A stretch of 64,000 nucleotides of DNA, from positions 9,371 through 73,370 of the forward strand of contig CAZELY010000003.1 of the NCBI GenBank assembly GCA_964513345.1, read 5' to 3'. The notes below the pieces were generated by a model, which ran no database searches, had not been told where the DNA came from, and saw only the letters and a list, made by a program, of their open reading frames with translations. Shown in pieces: positions 47,215-56,819 of this stretch. The DNA is from an uncultured Muribaculaceae bacterium. Lineage in GTDB: Bacteria; Bacillota_I; Bacilli_A; RF39; UBA660. Each line of letters begins with the position of its first letter. Position 1 is the first letter of the stretch. The translations under genes were made by a program, and so were the position numbers.

Positions 47215-47559
47215 ATGAAATATTTATTAACGTTTATTTTTAGTTTTGTTATTATTTATTTGCTTTATTATTTAACGGTTGTAAGACGTGACAAGGGGAT
47301 TGAAGCATTCAAACAAGGAAAACAACTTTTATTTTTTAAAAATGCTTATAAATTAAATATTGATAAGTTGAATTATAAAAAATTTGCTAATGCACTAGCG
47401 ATAACTAATGCTTTTATCGTGGCATCAGTTGTAACGATTATTGAATGCGTAAATGGCTATATCCTTAAGCTACTCGTTGGCTTTGTAATTTTAATTCCGC
47501 TTATTTTAATTTGTTATTACATTTTAGGACGCATTTATAAAAAGAAAGAGGGTAAATAA
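47215..47559 (+). CDS. Small membrane protein between the T-box leader and leuS
   Basis: AGGAGG RBS; 114 aa with N-terminal and C-terminal TM segments. Its stop lies 1 nt before the leuS ATG. Confidence 0.5.
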   Translation: MKYLLTFIFSFVIIYLLYYLTVVRRDKGIEAFKQGKQLLFFKNAYKLNIDKLNYKKFANALAITNAFIVASVVTIIECVNGYILKLLVGFVILIPLILICYYILGRIYKKKEGK

Positions 47560-47560
47560 A

Positions 47561-49975
47561 ATGTATGATTATAAAAAAATAGAAAAGAAATGGCAAGAAT
47601 ATTGGGATAAGAATAAAACTTTTAAAACTGATAGTTGGGATTTTTCTAAACCTAAGTTTTATGCCCTTGATATGTTTCCATATCCATCAGGAGTTGGACT
47701 TCATGCTGGACATCCAGAAGGATATACGGCAACAGATGTTGTTTGTCGTATGAAAAGAATGCAAGGTTATAATGTTCTTCATCCAATGGGTTATGATTCT
47801 TTCGGACTTCCTGCTGAACAATATGCTATTCAAACGGGTAACCACCCAGCTATATTTACTAATGAAAATATTAAAACTTTTAGAGGGCAATTAAAATCAC
47901 TTGGTTTTTCGTATGATTGGGATAGAGAAATATCAACTTCTGATCCCGAATACTATAAATGGACCCAATGGATTTTTAAAAGACTTTTTGAAGATGGTCT
48001 TGCTAAATATGTTGATATGCCTGTCAATTGGTGTGAAGGATTAGGTACAGTTTTATCAAATGATGAAATTGTTGATGGAAAATCAGAACGCGGAGGATTT
48101 CCAGTCGTTAGAAAAAATATGAAACAATGGGTTATTGATATTCCGAAGTATGCCGAAAAATTGCTTGAAGGATTAGATGAATTAGATTGGCCAGAATCAA
48201 CTAAAGAAATCCAAAGAAATTGGATTGGTAAATCAAAAGGTGTCGAAGTTAAATTTAATATTAAAGGTGGCGGTTTTTTCAAAATATATACAACGTGTAT
48301 TGAAACTATATATGGTATTACTTTTATGGTTCTAGCGCCTGAAAATCCTTTAGTTGATGAGCTTAAAGATAGAATAGGTAACTGGGATGAAGTAGTTAAA
48401 TATAGAGAAGAAACTGCTACAAAATCGGATATCGATAGAACCGAATTAAATAAAGAAAAAAATGGTGTTATTCTTGAAGGTGTATATGCGATTAACCCTG
48501 TGAATAATAAAGAAGTGCCGATTTATTTAGGTGACTTTGTTCTAGCAAGTTATGGAACTGGTGCTGTGATGGCTGTACCATCACACGATCAAAGAGATTT
48601 CGAATATGCTTTAAAATATGATATTCCAATGATTCAAGTTATCGAAGGTAAAGATACGTCTAATGAGGCTTTTGAAAAGCAAGATTATTTAGGTAAAGAT
48701 TGCAAACTTATCAATAGTGATGAATTTAATGGAATGACAGTTGAAGAGGCTAAACCAGCAATTACTAAAAAATTAATTGATATGGGCGTTGGTGAAGAAA
48801 AAACCAATTATAGATTAAGAGAATGGATTTTTGCTCGTCAAAGATATTGGGGTGAACCAGTGCCGATTATCCATTTAGAAGATGGAAAAAGTATAGCTTT
48901 ATCTGATGATGAATTACCATTAATTTTGCCAACATTAGATGACTATCAAGGTAAAAAAGGGAAAGCTCCTTTGGAAAATGATCAAAATTGGGTTAATGTC
49001 GAAGTGAATGGTAAAAAAGGAAGACGCGAAACATCAACGATGCCAGGCTCAGCTGGATCTAGTTGGTATTTCTTACGATACATCGATCCACATAACGAAA
49101 AAGAATTTGCTGATTATGAATTGTTAAAACATTGGATGCCAGTTGATCTATACGTTGGAGGCCCTGAACACGCTGTTGGTCATTTGCTTTACTCCAGAAT
49201 GTGGAATGAATATTTATATGATAAAGGATTAGTTCCATGCAGTGAACCATTTAAAAAATTAGTTCATCAAGGAATGATTTTGGGCTCTAATGGACTTAAA
49301 ATGGGTAAACGTTTTCCTAAATATTGTATTAATCCATCGGATATTGTAAGGGATTTTGGTGCAGATACATTAAGGCTTTATGAGATGTTTATGGGGCCAC
49401 TTGATGCCGACAAACCATGGAGTGATGCTGGAGTCGTTGGCGCCAAAAAGTTTATTGACAAAGTATTCAAATTATATACTGAAGAAAACAAAATCTCTGA
49501 TGAAGAAAATAAAAATCTCGAAATGATTTATCATCAGACCGTAAAGAAAGTTACTAATGATTATGAAACATTAAATATAAATACGGCAATATCACAAATG
49601 ATGATATTTATGAATGCCGTTCAAAAAGAAAATACATATCCAAGAAAATATGCCGAAGGGTTTATTAAACTTTTAAATCCACTTTGCCCACATGTAACTG
49701 AAGAACTATGGGAAATATTAGGTCACGAGGATACTATTGCTTACGAAGATTGGCCTATATATGATGAAGAAAAGACAATTGATTCATCATATGAACTAGT
49801 TATTCAAGTTAATGGCAAGGTAAGAGGTAAGATAACATTACCAATGGACTCTCCTAAAGAAGAAATGGAAAAAGCTGCGATGGAAAATGAAAATACTAGA
49901 AAGTTTATTCAAGATAAAGAAATTGTCAAGGTTATTTCTATTCCAAACAAACTTGTAAATATTGTTGTAAAATAA
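47561..49975 (+). CDS. leuS: Leucine-tRNA ligase
   Basis: HAGHPEGY (HIGH region), KMGKR (KMSKS-like), 804 aa. Confidence 0.95.
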   Translation: MYDYKKIEKKWQEYWDKNKTFKTDSWDFSKPKFYALDMFPYPSGVGLHAGHPEGYTATDVVCRMKRMQGYNVLHPMGYDSFGLPAEQYAIQTGNHPAIFTNENIKTFRGQLKSLGFSYDWDREISTSDPEYYKWTQWIFKRLFEDGLAKYVDMPVNWCEGLGTVLSNDEIVDGKSERGGFPVVRKNMKQWVIDIPKYAEKLLEGLDELDWPESTKEIQRNWIGKSKGVEVKFNIKGGGFFKIYTTCIETIYGITFMVLAPENPLVDELKDRIGNWDEVVKYREETATKSDIDRTELNKEKNGVILEGVYAINPVNNKEVPIYLGDFVLASYGTGAVMAVPSHDQRDFEYALKYDIPMIQVIEGKDTSNEAFEKQDYLGKDCKLINSDEFNGMTVEEAKPAITKKLIDMGVGEEKTNYRLREWIFARQRYWGEPVPIIHLEDGKSIALSDDELPLILPTLDDYQGKKGKAPLENDQNWVNVEVNGKKGRRETSTMPGSAGSSWYFLRYIDPHNEKEFADYELLKHWMPVDLYVGGPEHAVGHLLYSRMWNEYLYDKGLVPCSEPFKKLVHQGMILGSNGLKMGKRFPKYCINPSDIVRDFGADTLRLYEMFMGPLDADKPWSDAGVVGAKKFIDKVFKLYTEENKISDEENKNLEMIYHQTVKKVTNDYETLNINTAISQMMIFMNAVQKENTYPRKYAEGFIKLLNPLCPHVTEELWEILGHEDTIAYEDWPIYDEEKTIDSSYELVIQVNGKVRGKITLPMDSPKEEMEKAAMENENTRKFIQDKEIVKVISIPNKLVNIVVK

Positions 49976-49978
49976 TTG

Positions 49979-50007
49979 AAAAAGCTATAGAAAACTATAG
50001 CTTTTTA
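49979..50007. terminator. Bidirectional terminator between leuS and the convergent small gene
   Basis: AAAGCTATAG-aaaa-CTATAGCTTT flanked by A and T runs. Confidence 0.8.
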
Positions 50008-50190
50008 ATATGGCCTATAGCCATAATATGGATAAGGATAATAATAGTAAGTGTTATAAGGTCTATTGTATCCACCATAAAATAATGGTGCTACTAAACC
50101 ACCAGTTAGTCCGCCTAATAAAAATGGACCTAAAAATCCACCGCCCAAATTGTTATTAGGACGAAATGATCGCGATCTTCCATAATTCAT
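50005..50190 (-). CDS. 61-aa Gly/Tyr/Pro-rich small protein (spore-coat-like composition)
   Basis: MNYGRSRSFRPNNNLGGGFLGPFLLGGLTGGLVAPLFYGGYNRPYNTYYYYPYPYYGYRPY. GAGGGGG RBS 8 nt upstream; the longer ORF-track start is rejected. Confidence 0.55.
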   Translation of the reverse strand: MNYGRSRSFRPNNNLGGGFLGPFLLGGLTGGLVAPLFYGGYNRPYNTYYYYPYPYYGYRPY

Positions 50191-50259
50191 ATTTATGCCC
50201 CCTCTCATAATATAATATGAAAAATCATTTAACATGTTTATAAAACATATAATTATTAC

Positions 50260-50562
50260 ATGAAAAAACTATTCCGTATTATCGGGGTTATAAGCTTACT
50301 TATTGGAAGTTTTATGTATAATGAAACAGTAGAAACGGTTTTTAAATATGAAAATGGTATAAAAAGAAATGTTACATTAATTTTGGTAGAAAGCAATAAC
50401 AATGCGATAGCTAAAAATCCATTTATATATGTTAAGAATAATTTAAAACCTAATAGTGTTTTTATAATTAAAAAAAATGATCAAACAAAAAAAGAATTAC
50501 AAGCCATAATTAATTATATTAAAGCTAAAGGTTATGAAATAAATTTAGTGGATAAAGAATAA
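50260..50562 (+). CDS. Hypothetical membrane-anchored protein
   Basis: 100-aa ORF with an N-terminal TM. No obvious RBS. Confidence 0.35.
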   Translation: MKKLFRIIGVISLLIGSFMYNETVETVFKYENGIKRNVTLILVESNNNAIAKNPFIYVKNNLKPNSVFIIKKNDQTKKELQAIINYIKAKGYEINLVDKE

Positions 50563-50601
50563 AAAACAAAAACAAAAATATAATTATATAGGAGGTTCAA
50601 A

Positions 50602-51198
50602 ATGAAAAAAACAGTGCCATTTAAAAAAGAAATTGTTTTTGATAATAATATTGATGAAATTAATAGTATTTCATTAGAATATGAAGTAAATGAAAAAAGT
50701 AATAATTTAATAAAGGGTAATTTTATAATTAATGGAGATTATCGTATGGCTAGTGGTAGTTCTAATCTCGATACATTTTCATATAATTTGCCATTTAGTA
50801 TCAATGTTGACAGCAAATACAATATCGATGAAGCGGAAATCGAAATTAGTGATTTTTATTATGAGGTTGTAAATAATAAAATATTATCGGTTAATATTGA
50901 ATTAGAAGTCGATAATATTTTAGAAAACGAGCAAAACATAAAACTAGAAGTAGATGAGCCAGTAAAAGAGGCTGAAGTAATTGAAACTCAGTCTACTGAA
51001 ACAATTAAATCACTATTCGATAATTTAGAAGATAATGAAACATATACAACGTATAAAGTTCATATCGTAACAGAAAATGATACCATAGAATCGATAATAG
51101 TAGATTATGAAATAACTAAAGAAAAATTAGAAAATTATAATAATTTAACTGATATTAAAATTGGCGATAAAATTATTATCCCAGCCAATGAAAATTAA
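50602..51198 (+). CDS. spoVID: SpoVID-like spore coat morphogenetic protein (N-terminal SpoVID-type region, acidic linker, C-terminal LysM)
   Basis: LysM at the C-terminus (YKVHIVTENDTIESIIVDYEITKEKLENYNNL..IGDKIIIP), a highly acidic middle, and a CotS/YsxE-like gene downstream as in B. subtilis spoVID-ysxE. Confidence 0.55.
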   Translation: MKKTVPFKKEIVFDNNIDEINSISLEYEVNEKSNNLIKGNFIINGDYRMASGSSNLDTFSYNLPFSINVDSKYNIDEAEIEISDFYYEVVNNKILSVNIELEVDNILENEQNIKLEVDEPVKEAEVIETQSTETIKSLFDNLEDNETYTTYKVHIVTENDTIESIIVDYEITKEKLENYNNLTDIKIGDKIIIPANEN

Positions 51199-52057
51199 TG
51201 AAGATTTAAAAAAGTATTCTTTGATACCAAAACGCTATACAAAAAAGAATAAGTCATTTATTATTGATACCAATAAAGGAAAATTTGTATATAAAAACTC
51301 TAAACCCAAAAAAGAAATTTTGGATTATTTAAAAACGAGAAATTTTGATTATATACCAAAATATATAACTAAATCATTTGACAATTATCAAATAACTGAA
51401 TATTTAGAAAATTACAATATTCCGAAAGAACAAAAAATATTAGATATGATTAATTTAGTTTCTCTTTTACATAGTAAAACCACCCATTATAAAGAAATTG
51501 ATATTAATGAATATGAAAAGATATATGAAGAAGTAATTAATAATATTGATTATTTAAGAGGTTATTATACTGATTTAATAACAATTATTGAAAGCAAAGT
51601 ATATCCGAGCCCAAGCGAATATTTACTTGAACGTAATATTAGTATTATTTTTGGTACTTTAAATAGTTTAAACGAGCGTCTTGAAAAATTTAATACTTTA
51701 ATTACAAATAAAAAAACTGATAGAAATGTTATTTTACACAATAATTTAAAATTGGATCATTTTATTAGAAATAATAAATCATATTTAATTAATTGGGATT
51801 ATGCAAAAATAGGAAATCCTATATTTGATATTTATAAACTATATAAAAACCATGTTAGTGATTTTGATTTTTTAGAATTATTAAAAGCATATGAAAAAAA
51901 TTATCCTTTAAAAGATGATGAAAAGGAACTTTTGTTTATTTTAATAAGTTTACCGGATAAAATAGAATTTAATGATAATGAATATGAGATGTGTAAAAAA
52001 ATAAGTAAATTTGTCGATGAATTATATAAAACAAATAATTTTACCAAAACAATTTAA
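51188..52057 (+). CDS. ysxE: CotS/YsxE-family spore coat protein (kinase-like fold)
   Basis: The LHNNLKLDHFI and NWDYAKIGNPIFDI patterns (aminoglycoside/choline-kinase-like), overlapping the spoVID-like stop. Confidence 0.55.
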   Translation: MKINEDLKKYSLIPKRYTKKNKSFIIDTNKGKFVYKNSKPKKEILDYLKTRNFDYIPKYITKSFDNYQITEYLENYNIPKEQKILDMINLVSLLHSKTTHYKEIDINEYEKIYEEVINNIDYLRGYYTDLITIIESKVYPSPSEYLLERNISIIFGTLNSLNERLEKFNTLITNKKTDRNVILHNNLKLDHFIRNNKSYLINWDYAKIGNPIFDIYKLYKNHVSDFDFLELLKAYEKNYPLKDDEKELLFILISLPDKIEFNDNEYEMCKKISKFVDELYKTNNFTKTI

Positions 52058-52215
52058 AAAATGATAAAAAGCATAATAAAAGGAAAATAATTACTAAAAA
52101 TAAATTAAATCTTGTTAAAATAAACAATGTTAAAATTAATTGATAAAATAACAAAATAATACTAACTAATCCGCAAATACACCATATTCCACGATTTGGC
52201 CACCATTGTTTCATA
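52041..52215 (-). pseudogene. Possible frameshifted small hydrophobic ORF
   Basis: AGGTGAT RBS followed by ATG AAA CAA TGG TGG G. After the GGG run the reading frame stops at codon 18, whereas the adjacent frame is open for 56 hydrophobic codons (..GIWCICGLVSIILLFYQLILTLFIL..) but has no start codon. Confidence 0.3.
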
Positions 52216-52330
52216 ATATCACCTAATATAATTTATGATAATAAAATAGACTAGTAATAATACTAGTCTATTTTTCTTGAAACTTTATCATAAATATTAT
52301 ATAATTAATAGAGAATAGGAGCGGGTAGGT

Positions 52331-52933
52331 ATGAATCAAAAAGGATTTATTGCTTCATCACTTTTATATGGTATGCTGGCGCTTTTCTTAACATTAATGA
52401 TAAGTACCTTATTTATTTTTGGTAATAATAAATTAAGTATGGATAGATTAAAAGAAAAAGCTTTGAATGATTTAGGAACACCAGTAGAAATTATTAGTAT
52501 TCGCCAAGTTTATGCATATCATTTGGATCAGAAGACTATCGGTACAAGTACAATTACAGATGGTGTTGAGGATTATACAGCTTTAAGTTCATATCAAAAT
52601 GGTAAAAAATGGTTTTTAAAATATGAAATTAATTCAAGTAATGTAATTCAAAAAGCATGGGCCTGCATGAAATATGATTTTATAACAGAACCTGTATGTA
52701 TTCAAGGTGGCGGAAGCGAATTTTATAGTCCTAACAGAGAATTATTACAAGGATTAACGGATCTTTTTACGTCAAATGGTGGTTCATGCGTTCCAGCATC
52801 AAATCGAATTGATTGTTCTGCCGGCGAGTTGGAAATTACTAATATGAATACAAATAATTATTTGACTTGGAATGATTCTTTAATGGAGTATTGTGAAATA
52901 AATGGGAATAAGGCTTATTGTGGTCAAGAATAA
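52331..52933 (+). CDS. Pilin-like protein with a degenerate class III leader and the six-Cys C-terminal module
   Basis: MNQKG|FIASSLLYGMLALFLTLMISTLFIF has G-F but no Glu at +5. The C-terminal part (ACMKYDFITEPVCIQGGG..C-x8-C-x25-C-x8-C) is shared with 10607-11656 and 61948-62928. Confidence 0.6.
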   Translation: MNQKGFIASSLLYGMLALFLTLMISTLFIFGNNKLSMDRLKEKALNDLGTPVEIISIRQVYAYHLDQKTIGTSTITDGVEDYTALSSYQNGKKWFLKYEINSSNVIQKAWACMKYDFITEPVCIQGGGSEFYSPNRELLQGLTDLFTSNGGSCVPASNRIDCSAGELEITNMNTNNYLTWNDSLMEYCEINGNKAYCGQE

Positions 52934-52975
52934 TAGATTATTGACAAAACAAACATAAAAGATTATAATTTATAG

Positions 52976-53190
52976 AAAACGAAGAACAAGAGGAGTAGAG
53001 TATATATTTTTTAAAGAGAGTTAGTGGTTGGTGAAAACTAATAAAAATAATATTTGAAGGTAGCTTGGGAGTTGATGCACGAATAGTTAATGTACTCCGC
53101 TAAAACGGCGTTATTGTTTTAAGGTAATTAATAATTACAAATTAAGGTGGTACCACGTGCAAAACGTCCTTATACAGGGGCGTTTTTTTA
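52976..53190 (+). promoter_or_regulatory. T-box leader (Val, specifier GUA)
   Basis: Promoter TTGACA-17 nt-TATAAT (52941-52969). AGAGAG and GGTTGGTGAAAAC, specifier region GAAGGUAG at 53056-53063, the T-box AAGGTGGTACCACG, and the terminator AACGTCC..GGGGCGTTTTTTT. Confidence 0.85.
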
Positions 53191-53207
53191 TTGGAAAGGA
53201 TGATAAC

Positions 53208-55730
53208 ATGTTAGATAAGAAATACAATCATTTAAAAGTTGAAGAAGGAAAGTATGAAAAATGGAAGGAAAAAGGTTATTTTGCTAGCGGAGACACTTCA
53301 TTAAAGCCATATTCCATTGTAATACCCCCTCCAAATGTAACAGGGAAATTACATTTAGGTCATGCATGGGATACAACACTTCAAGACATTTTAATTAGAT
53401 TTAAAAGAATGCAAGGGTATGATGCATTATGGCTTCCTGGCATGGATCATGCGGGTATTGCCACACAGGCTAAAGTTGATGCCAGACTTCGTGAAAATGG
53501 TATTAATCCTCGTGAGATGAGTAGAGAAGAATGGCTTAAAGCCGCTTGGGCTTGGAAAGAAGAGTATGCTGCTAACATCCATGATCAATGGGCAAAATTA
53601 GGGCTTTCATTAGATTATTCTAAGGAAAGATTTACTTTAGATGAAGGCTTATCTGAGGCTGTTCGTCACGTTTTTGTTACTTTATATGAAAAAGGTTTAA
53701 TTTATCAAGGTGAAAGAATAATAAACTGGGATCCCGTTCAAATGACAGCTTTGTCTAATGAAGAAGTTGTTTATAAAGAAGAACCTGGTAAATTTTACCA
53801 TATTAAATATTTTATTGAAGGAACTGATGAATATTTAGATGTTGCAACAACTAGACCAGAAACTCTATTCGGCGATACTGCTGTAGCGGTTAATTCTAAA
53901 GACAAAAGATATAAAAAATATATTGGTAAGAATGCCATTTTACCAGTTTTAAATAAACCAATTCCAATTATTGCTGATGAGCATGCTGATATGGAAAAGG
54001 GAACTGGTGTTGTTAAGATTACCCCTGCTCATGATCCAAATGACTTTGAAGTTGGAGAAAGACATAATTTAGAAAAAATTGTTATCATGAATAAAGATGC
54101 TACTATGAATGAAATATGTGGTAAATATGCAGACATGGATAGATATGAATGTCGCAAGGAACTTTTAAAAGATTTAGAAAAAGACGGATTATTAATCGGT
54201 ATGGAAGATATTGTCCACTCAGTTGGTCACTCCGAAAGAAGTGGGACGGCAGTAGAACCATATCTTTCAAAACAATGGTTTGTTAAAATGCGTCCATTGG
54301 CTGATAACGTTTTGAAAAATCAAAAAGATAAAGATAAGAAAGTAAATTTTGTACCATCAAGATATGAAAAAACTATGAACCACTGGATGGAAATTACTTA
54401 TGATTGGTGTATTTCTAGACAATTGTGGTGGGGTCATAGAATACCAGCTTGGTATAAAGGCGATGAAGTATATGTTGGTATGGAAGCACCAACTGAAGAA
54501 GGTTGGGTACAAGATGAAGACGTATTAGACACTTGGTTTTCATCAGCTTTATGGCCATTTAGTACGATGGGCTGGCCAAAGAAAACAGAAATGATGGAAA
54601 GATATTATCCTAATAATGTTTTAGTAACAGGATTTGATATTATTTTCTTTTGGGTTAGTAGAATGGTATTCCAGGGATTAGAATTTACGGGGGAAAGACC
54701 ATTTAAAGATTGTCTTATCCATGGACTTATTCGTTCAAAAGATGGAAGGAAAATGAGTAAAAGCTTAGGCAATGGTGTTGATCCAATTGACATGATAGAA
54801 GAATATGGTGCCGATGCTTTAAGGTTTTATCTATCTACTTCAGCAGCAGCCGGAACTGATTTAAAATTTGATGAAGATAAAGTTAAATCAACTTGGAATT
54901 TTATTAACAAATTATGGAATGCTTCAAGATATGTTTTAATGAATACCGAAGAATATAATGAGACTTTAGATGATTTAACACTGGCGGACAAATGGATTTT
55001 AACTAAGTTAAATAAAACAATTAAACAAGTTACTAAAAATATGGAAAAATATGAATTTAATTTAGTTGGTTCTACCTTACATTCATTTATTTGGGATGAT
55101 TTCTGTGATTGGTATATTGAACTTTCTAAAATAAATATGAATGATACAACTAAAACTGTTTTAGTTAAAGTATTAAAAGATATTTTAAAGATGTTACATC
55201 CATTTATGCCATTTGTAACTGAAGAAATTTACACTAAAATTTCTGCCGAAGCAACAATTATGAAGTCTAAATATCCAGAATATGATAAAAAATGTGTTTT
55301 TGAAGAAGCAAATGACATGGATAACATTATTGAACTAATCACTAAAGTTCGTAAATTAAAACTAGAAAATAATATTAAGGAACTCTATTTGAAATATGAT
55401 AGTGACATTTTAAACAAAAACAAAGATATTATAGATAAATTATTAAAAGTAAAATACATTGATAACTATGCTAATTTGGATAGCTTTGAAATTAACTTTA
55501 ATGGTGAAAGTATATATTTATATTATGATGGGTCTGCCAATAAAGAAGCTGAAATTGATGGCTTACAAAAAGAAAAAGAAAGATTAGAAGCCTCAATTAT
55601 TAGGAGAGAAAAACTTCTTTCTAATGAAAACTATGTCAACAAAGCTCCTAAAAATATAGTAGATACTGAAAAAGCTAATTTAGAAAAAGAAAAACAAGAA
55701 TTAGAAATTATAATTAATAAATTAAAGTAA
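53208..55730 (+). CDS. valS: Valine-tRNA ligase
   Basis: The start at MLDKKYN follows the T-box terminator. [13 protein letters not shown] (HIGH), KMSKSLGN, and a C-terminal coiled coil. Confidence 0.95.
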   Translation: MLDKKYNHLKVEEGKYEKWKEKGYFASGDTSLKPYSIVIPPPNVTGKLHLGHAWDTTLQDILIRFKRMQGYDALWLPGMDHAGIATQAKVDARLRENGINPREMSREEWLKAAWAWKEEYAANIHDQWAKLGLSLDYSKERFTLDEGLSEAVRHVFVTLYEKGLIYQGERIINWDPVQMTALSNEEVVYKEEPGKFYHIKYFIEGTDEYLDVATTRPETLFGDTAVAVNSKDKRYKKYIGKNAILPVLNKPIPIIADEHADMEKGTGVVKITPAHDPNDFEVGERHNLEKIVIMNKDATMNEICGKYADMDRYECRKELLKDLEKDGLLIGMEDIVHSVGHSERSGTAVEPYLSKQWFVKMRPLADNVLKNQKDKDKKVNFVPSRYEKTMNHWMEITYDWCISRQLWWGHRIPAWYKGDEVYVGMEAPTEEGWVQDEDVLDTWFSSALWPFSTMGWPKKTEMMERYYPNNVLVTGFDIIFFWVSRMVFQGLEFTGERPFKDCLIHGLIRSKDGRKMSKSLGNGVDPIDMIEEYGADALRFYLSTSAAAGTDLKFDEDKVKSTWNFINKLWNASRYVLMNTEEYNETLDDLTLADKWILTKLNKTIKQVTKNMEKYEFNLVGSTLHSFIWDDFCDWYIELSKINMNDTTKTVLVKVLKDILKMLHPFMPFVTEEIYTKISAEATIMKSKYPEYDKKCVFEEANDMDNIIELITKVRKLKLENNIKELYLKYDSDILNKNKDIIDKLLKVKYIDNYANLDSFEINFNGESIYLYYDGSANKEAEIDGLQKEKERLEASIIRREKLLSNENYVNKAPKNIVDTEKANLEKEKQELEIIINKLK

Positions 55731-55823
55731 AATAGTGTCTAAAATATATTTTGCATAAATTTTGATTGATTTTTTAAAATAATTGTGTTATATTTGTTAT
55801 ATAGAATACAAGGAGGATTTAAT

Positions 55824-56270
55824 ATGAATAAGAAAGGTTTTACTTTAGTTGAGTTATTAGCCGTTATCGTTATTTTAGCTATCATTGCATTAATTACCGC
55901 ACCAGCAATATTGAATGTCATTAATGATGCTCGTCAAAAAGGAGCAGAAGATAAAGCTTGGGGTACAATTGATGCCGTTAGACTTGCTTATACTCAAGAA
56001 CAAGGGTTTGGCACATCAACACTTACAAGAAATGATGGATCTACTAGTGGGGATGAAAAATATATTGTAACATTTGGAACAACTACGGGGAATGCACATG
56101 AAGTTGTTGGATCTCGTTCAATCACTGTAAGTGGTGAAAAACCAGTATCTGGTAAAGTAATAATAAATTTAACTTCTGGTCAAATTTCTTGTGAAAACTT
56201 AGAATTTACTGCCAATGGTAAATTTAAATGTTCTTCATCAGGTAACACAATGACTTGTACTGCACAATAA
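55824..56270 (+). CDS. Prepilin-type N-terminal domain protein (type IV pilin/pseudopilin-like)
   Basis: MNKKG|FTLVELLAVIVILAIIALITAPAIL, three C-terminal Cys, AGGAGG RBS and its own terminator (AAGCACTTT/AAAGTGCTT). Confidence 0.85.
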   Translation: MNKKGFTLVELLAVIVILAIIALITAPAILNVINDARQKGAEDKAWGTIDAVRLAYTQEQGFGTSTLTRNDGSTSGDEKYIVTFGTTTGNAHEVVGSRSITVSGEKPVSGKVIINLTSGQISCENLEFTANGKFKCSSSGNTMTCTAQ

Positions 56271-56353
56271 TAATTAAGCACTTTAAAAAGTGCTTTTTTC
56301 TTGCTTATTTTTTTATATCATGATAAAATAAATGAAGATAGAGGTATAAAAAG

Positions 56354-56773
56354 ATGCAAGAAAAGGGTATTGAATTTATGGTAATCGTAATATTATTAAT
56401 GGTTGTTGGCATTTTGCTTTTTCCAATATGCAAAAAAATGGTATATAACGCACAAGATTCTTCAGCTTCTACTAGTGTCTATAATATGATCGATTCAGTT
56501 AAAAATTTATATTTAGTAGAAAATCAGCAATTGGATAATAAAGTCTATCTACCATTTGCGGTTGAATATAATGAAGAAAGTTATAAAACATATTGTAATG
56601 GTAATGAGGTAGATCTTCCAACTAAGTTGAAATTAGAAGGTAACAAACCAACTTCTGGAACAATTGTATGGCGTAAGGACAATAGTATTGTAGTTAATGA
56701 TTTAGTATATAATAATCATACGTGTAATAAACTTCCTGAAGGTGACGTAGAATGTGTCAGAAACTCTAAATAG
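56354..56773 (+). CDS. Pilin-like paralog with an eroded cleavage motif
   Basis: MQEKG|IEFMVIVILLMVVGILL looks like KG-FTL-IE with the FTL missing. It shares a G-x-KP-x-SG-x-(V/I) motif with the upstream pilin (SGEKPVSGKVI versus EGNKPTSGTIV). Confidence 0.55.
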   Translation: MQEKGIEFMVIVILLMVVGILLFPICKKMVYNAQDSSASTSVYNMIDSVKNLYLVENQQLDNKVYLPFAVEYNEESYKTYCNGNEVDLPTKLKLEGNKPTSGTIVWRKDNSIVVNDLVYNNHTCNKLPEGDVECVRNSK

Positions 56774-56819
56774 AGTTTTTTTTCTTTGTTAAAAATGGTA
56801 TAATGGTTGTGGTGGTAGT

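Noticed and set aside
53056-53063. The valS T-box specifier might read GGU (Gly) if taken directly after the GAA, as in the leuS leader (GAA-CUU-A).
   Set aside because: Anchoring on the basal helix (CAAG/CUUG) gives GAA-G-GUA-G, that is, codon GUA (Val) followed by the conserved purine. This is consistent with the downstream gene; the loop simply has one extra nucleotide.
53157-53207. N-terminal extensions given in the ORF track for valS (53157). Similar extensions exist for 61897, 55785, 60693, 29319, 23081, 40939, 44503, 47191, 50235 (-) and 16005 (-).
   Set aside because: The extensions run through terminators or T-box sequence or have no RBS. Internal ATGs are preceded by GGTGA/AGGAGG at the proper spacing and begin at the conserved N-termini (for example MCGF for AsnB and MxKKGFTL for the pilins).
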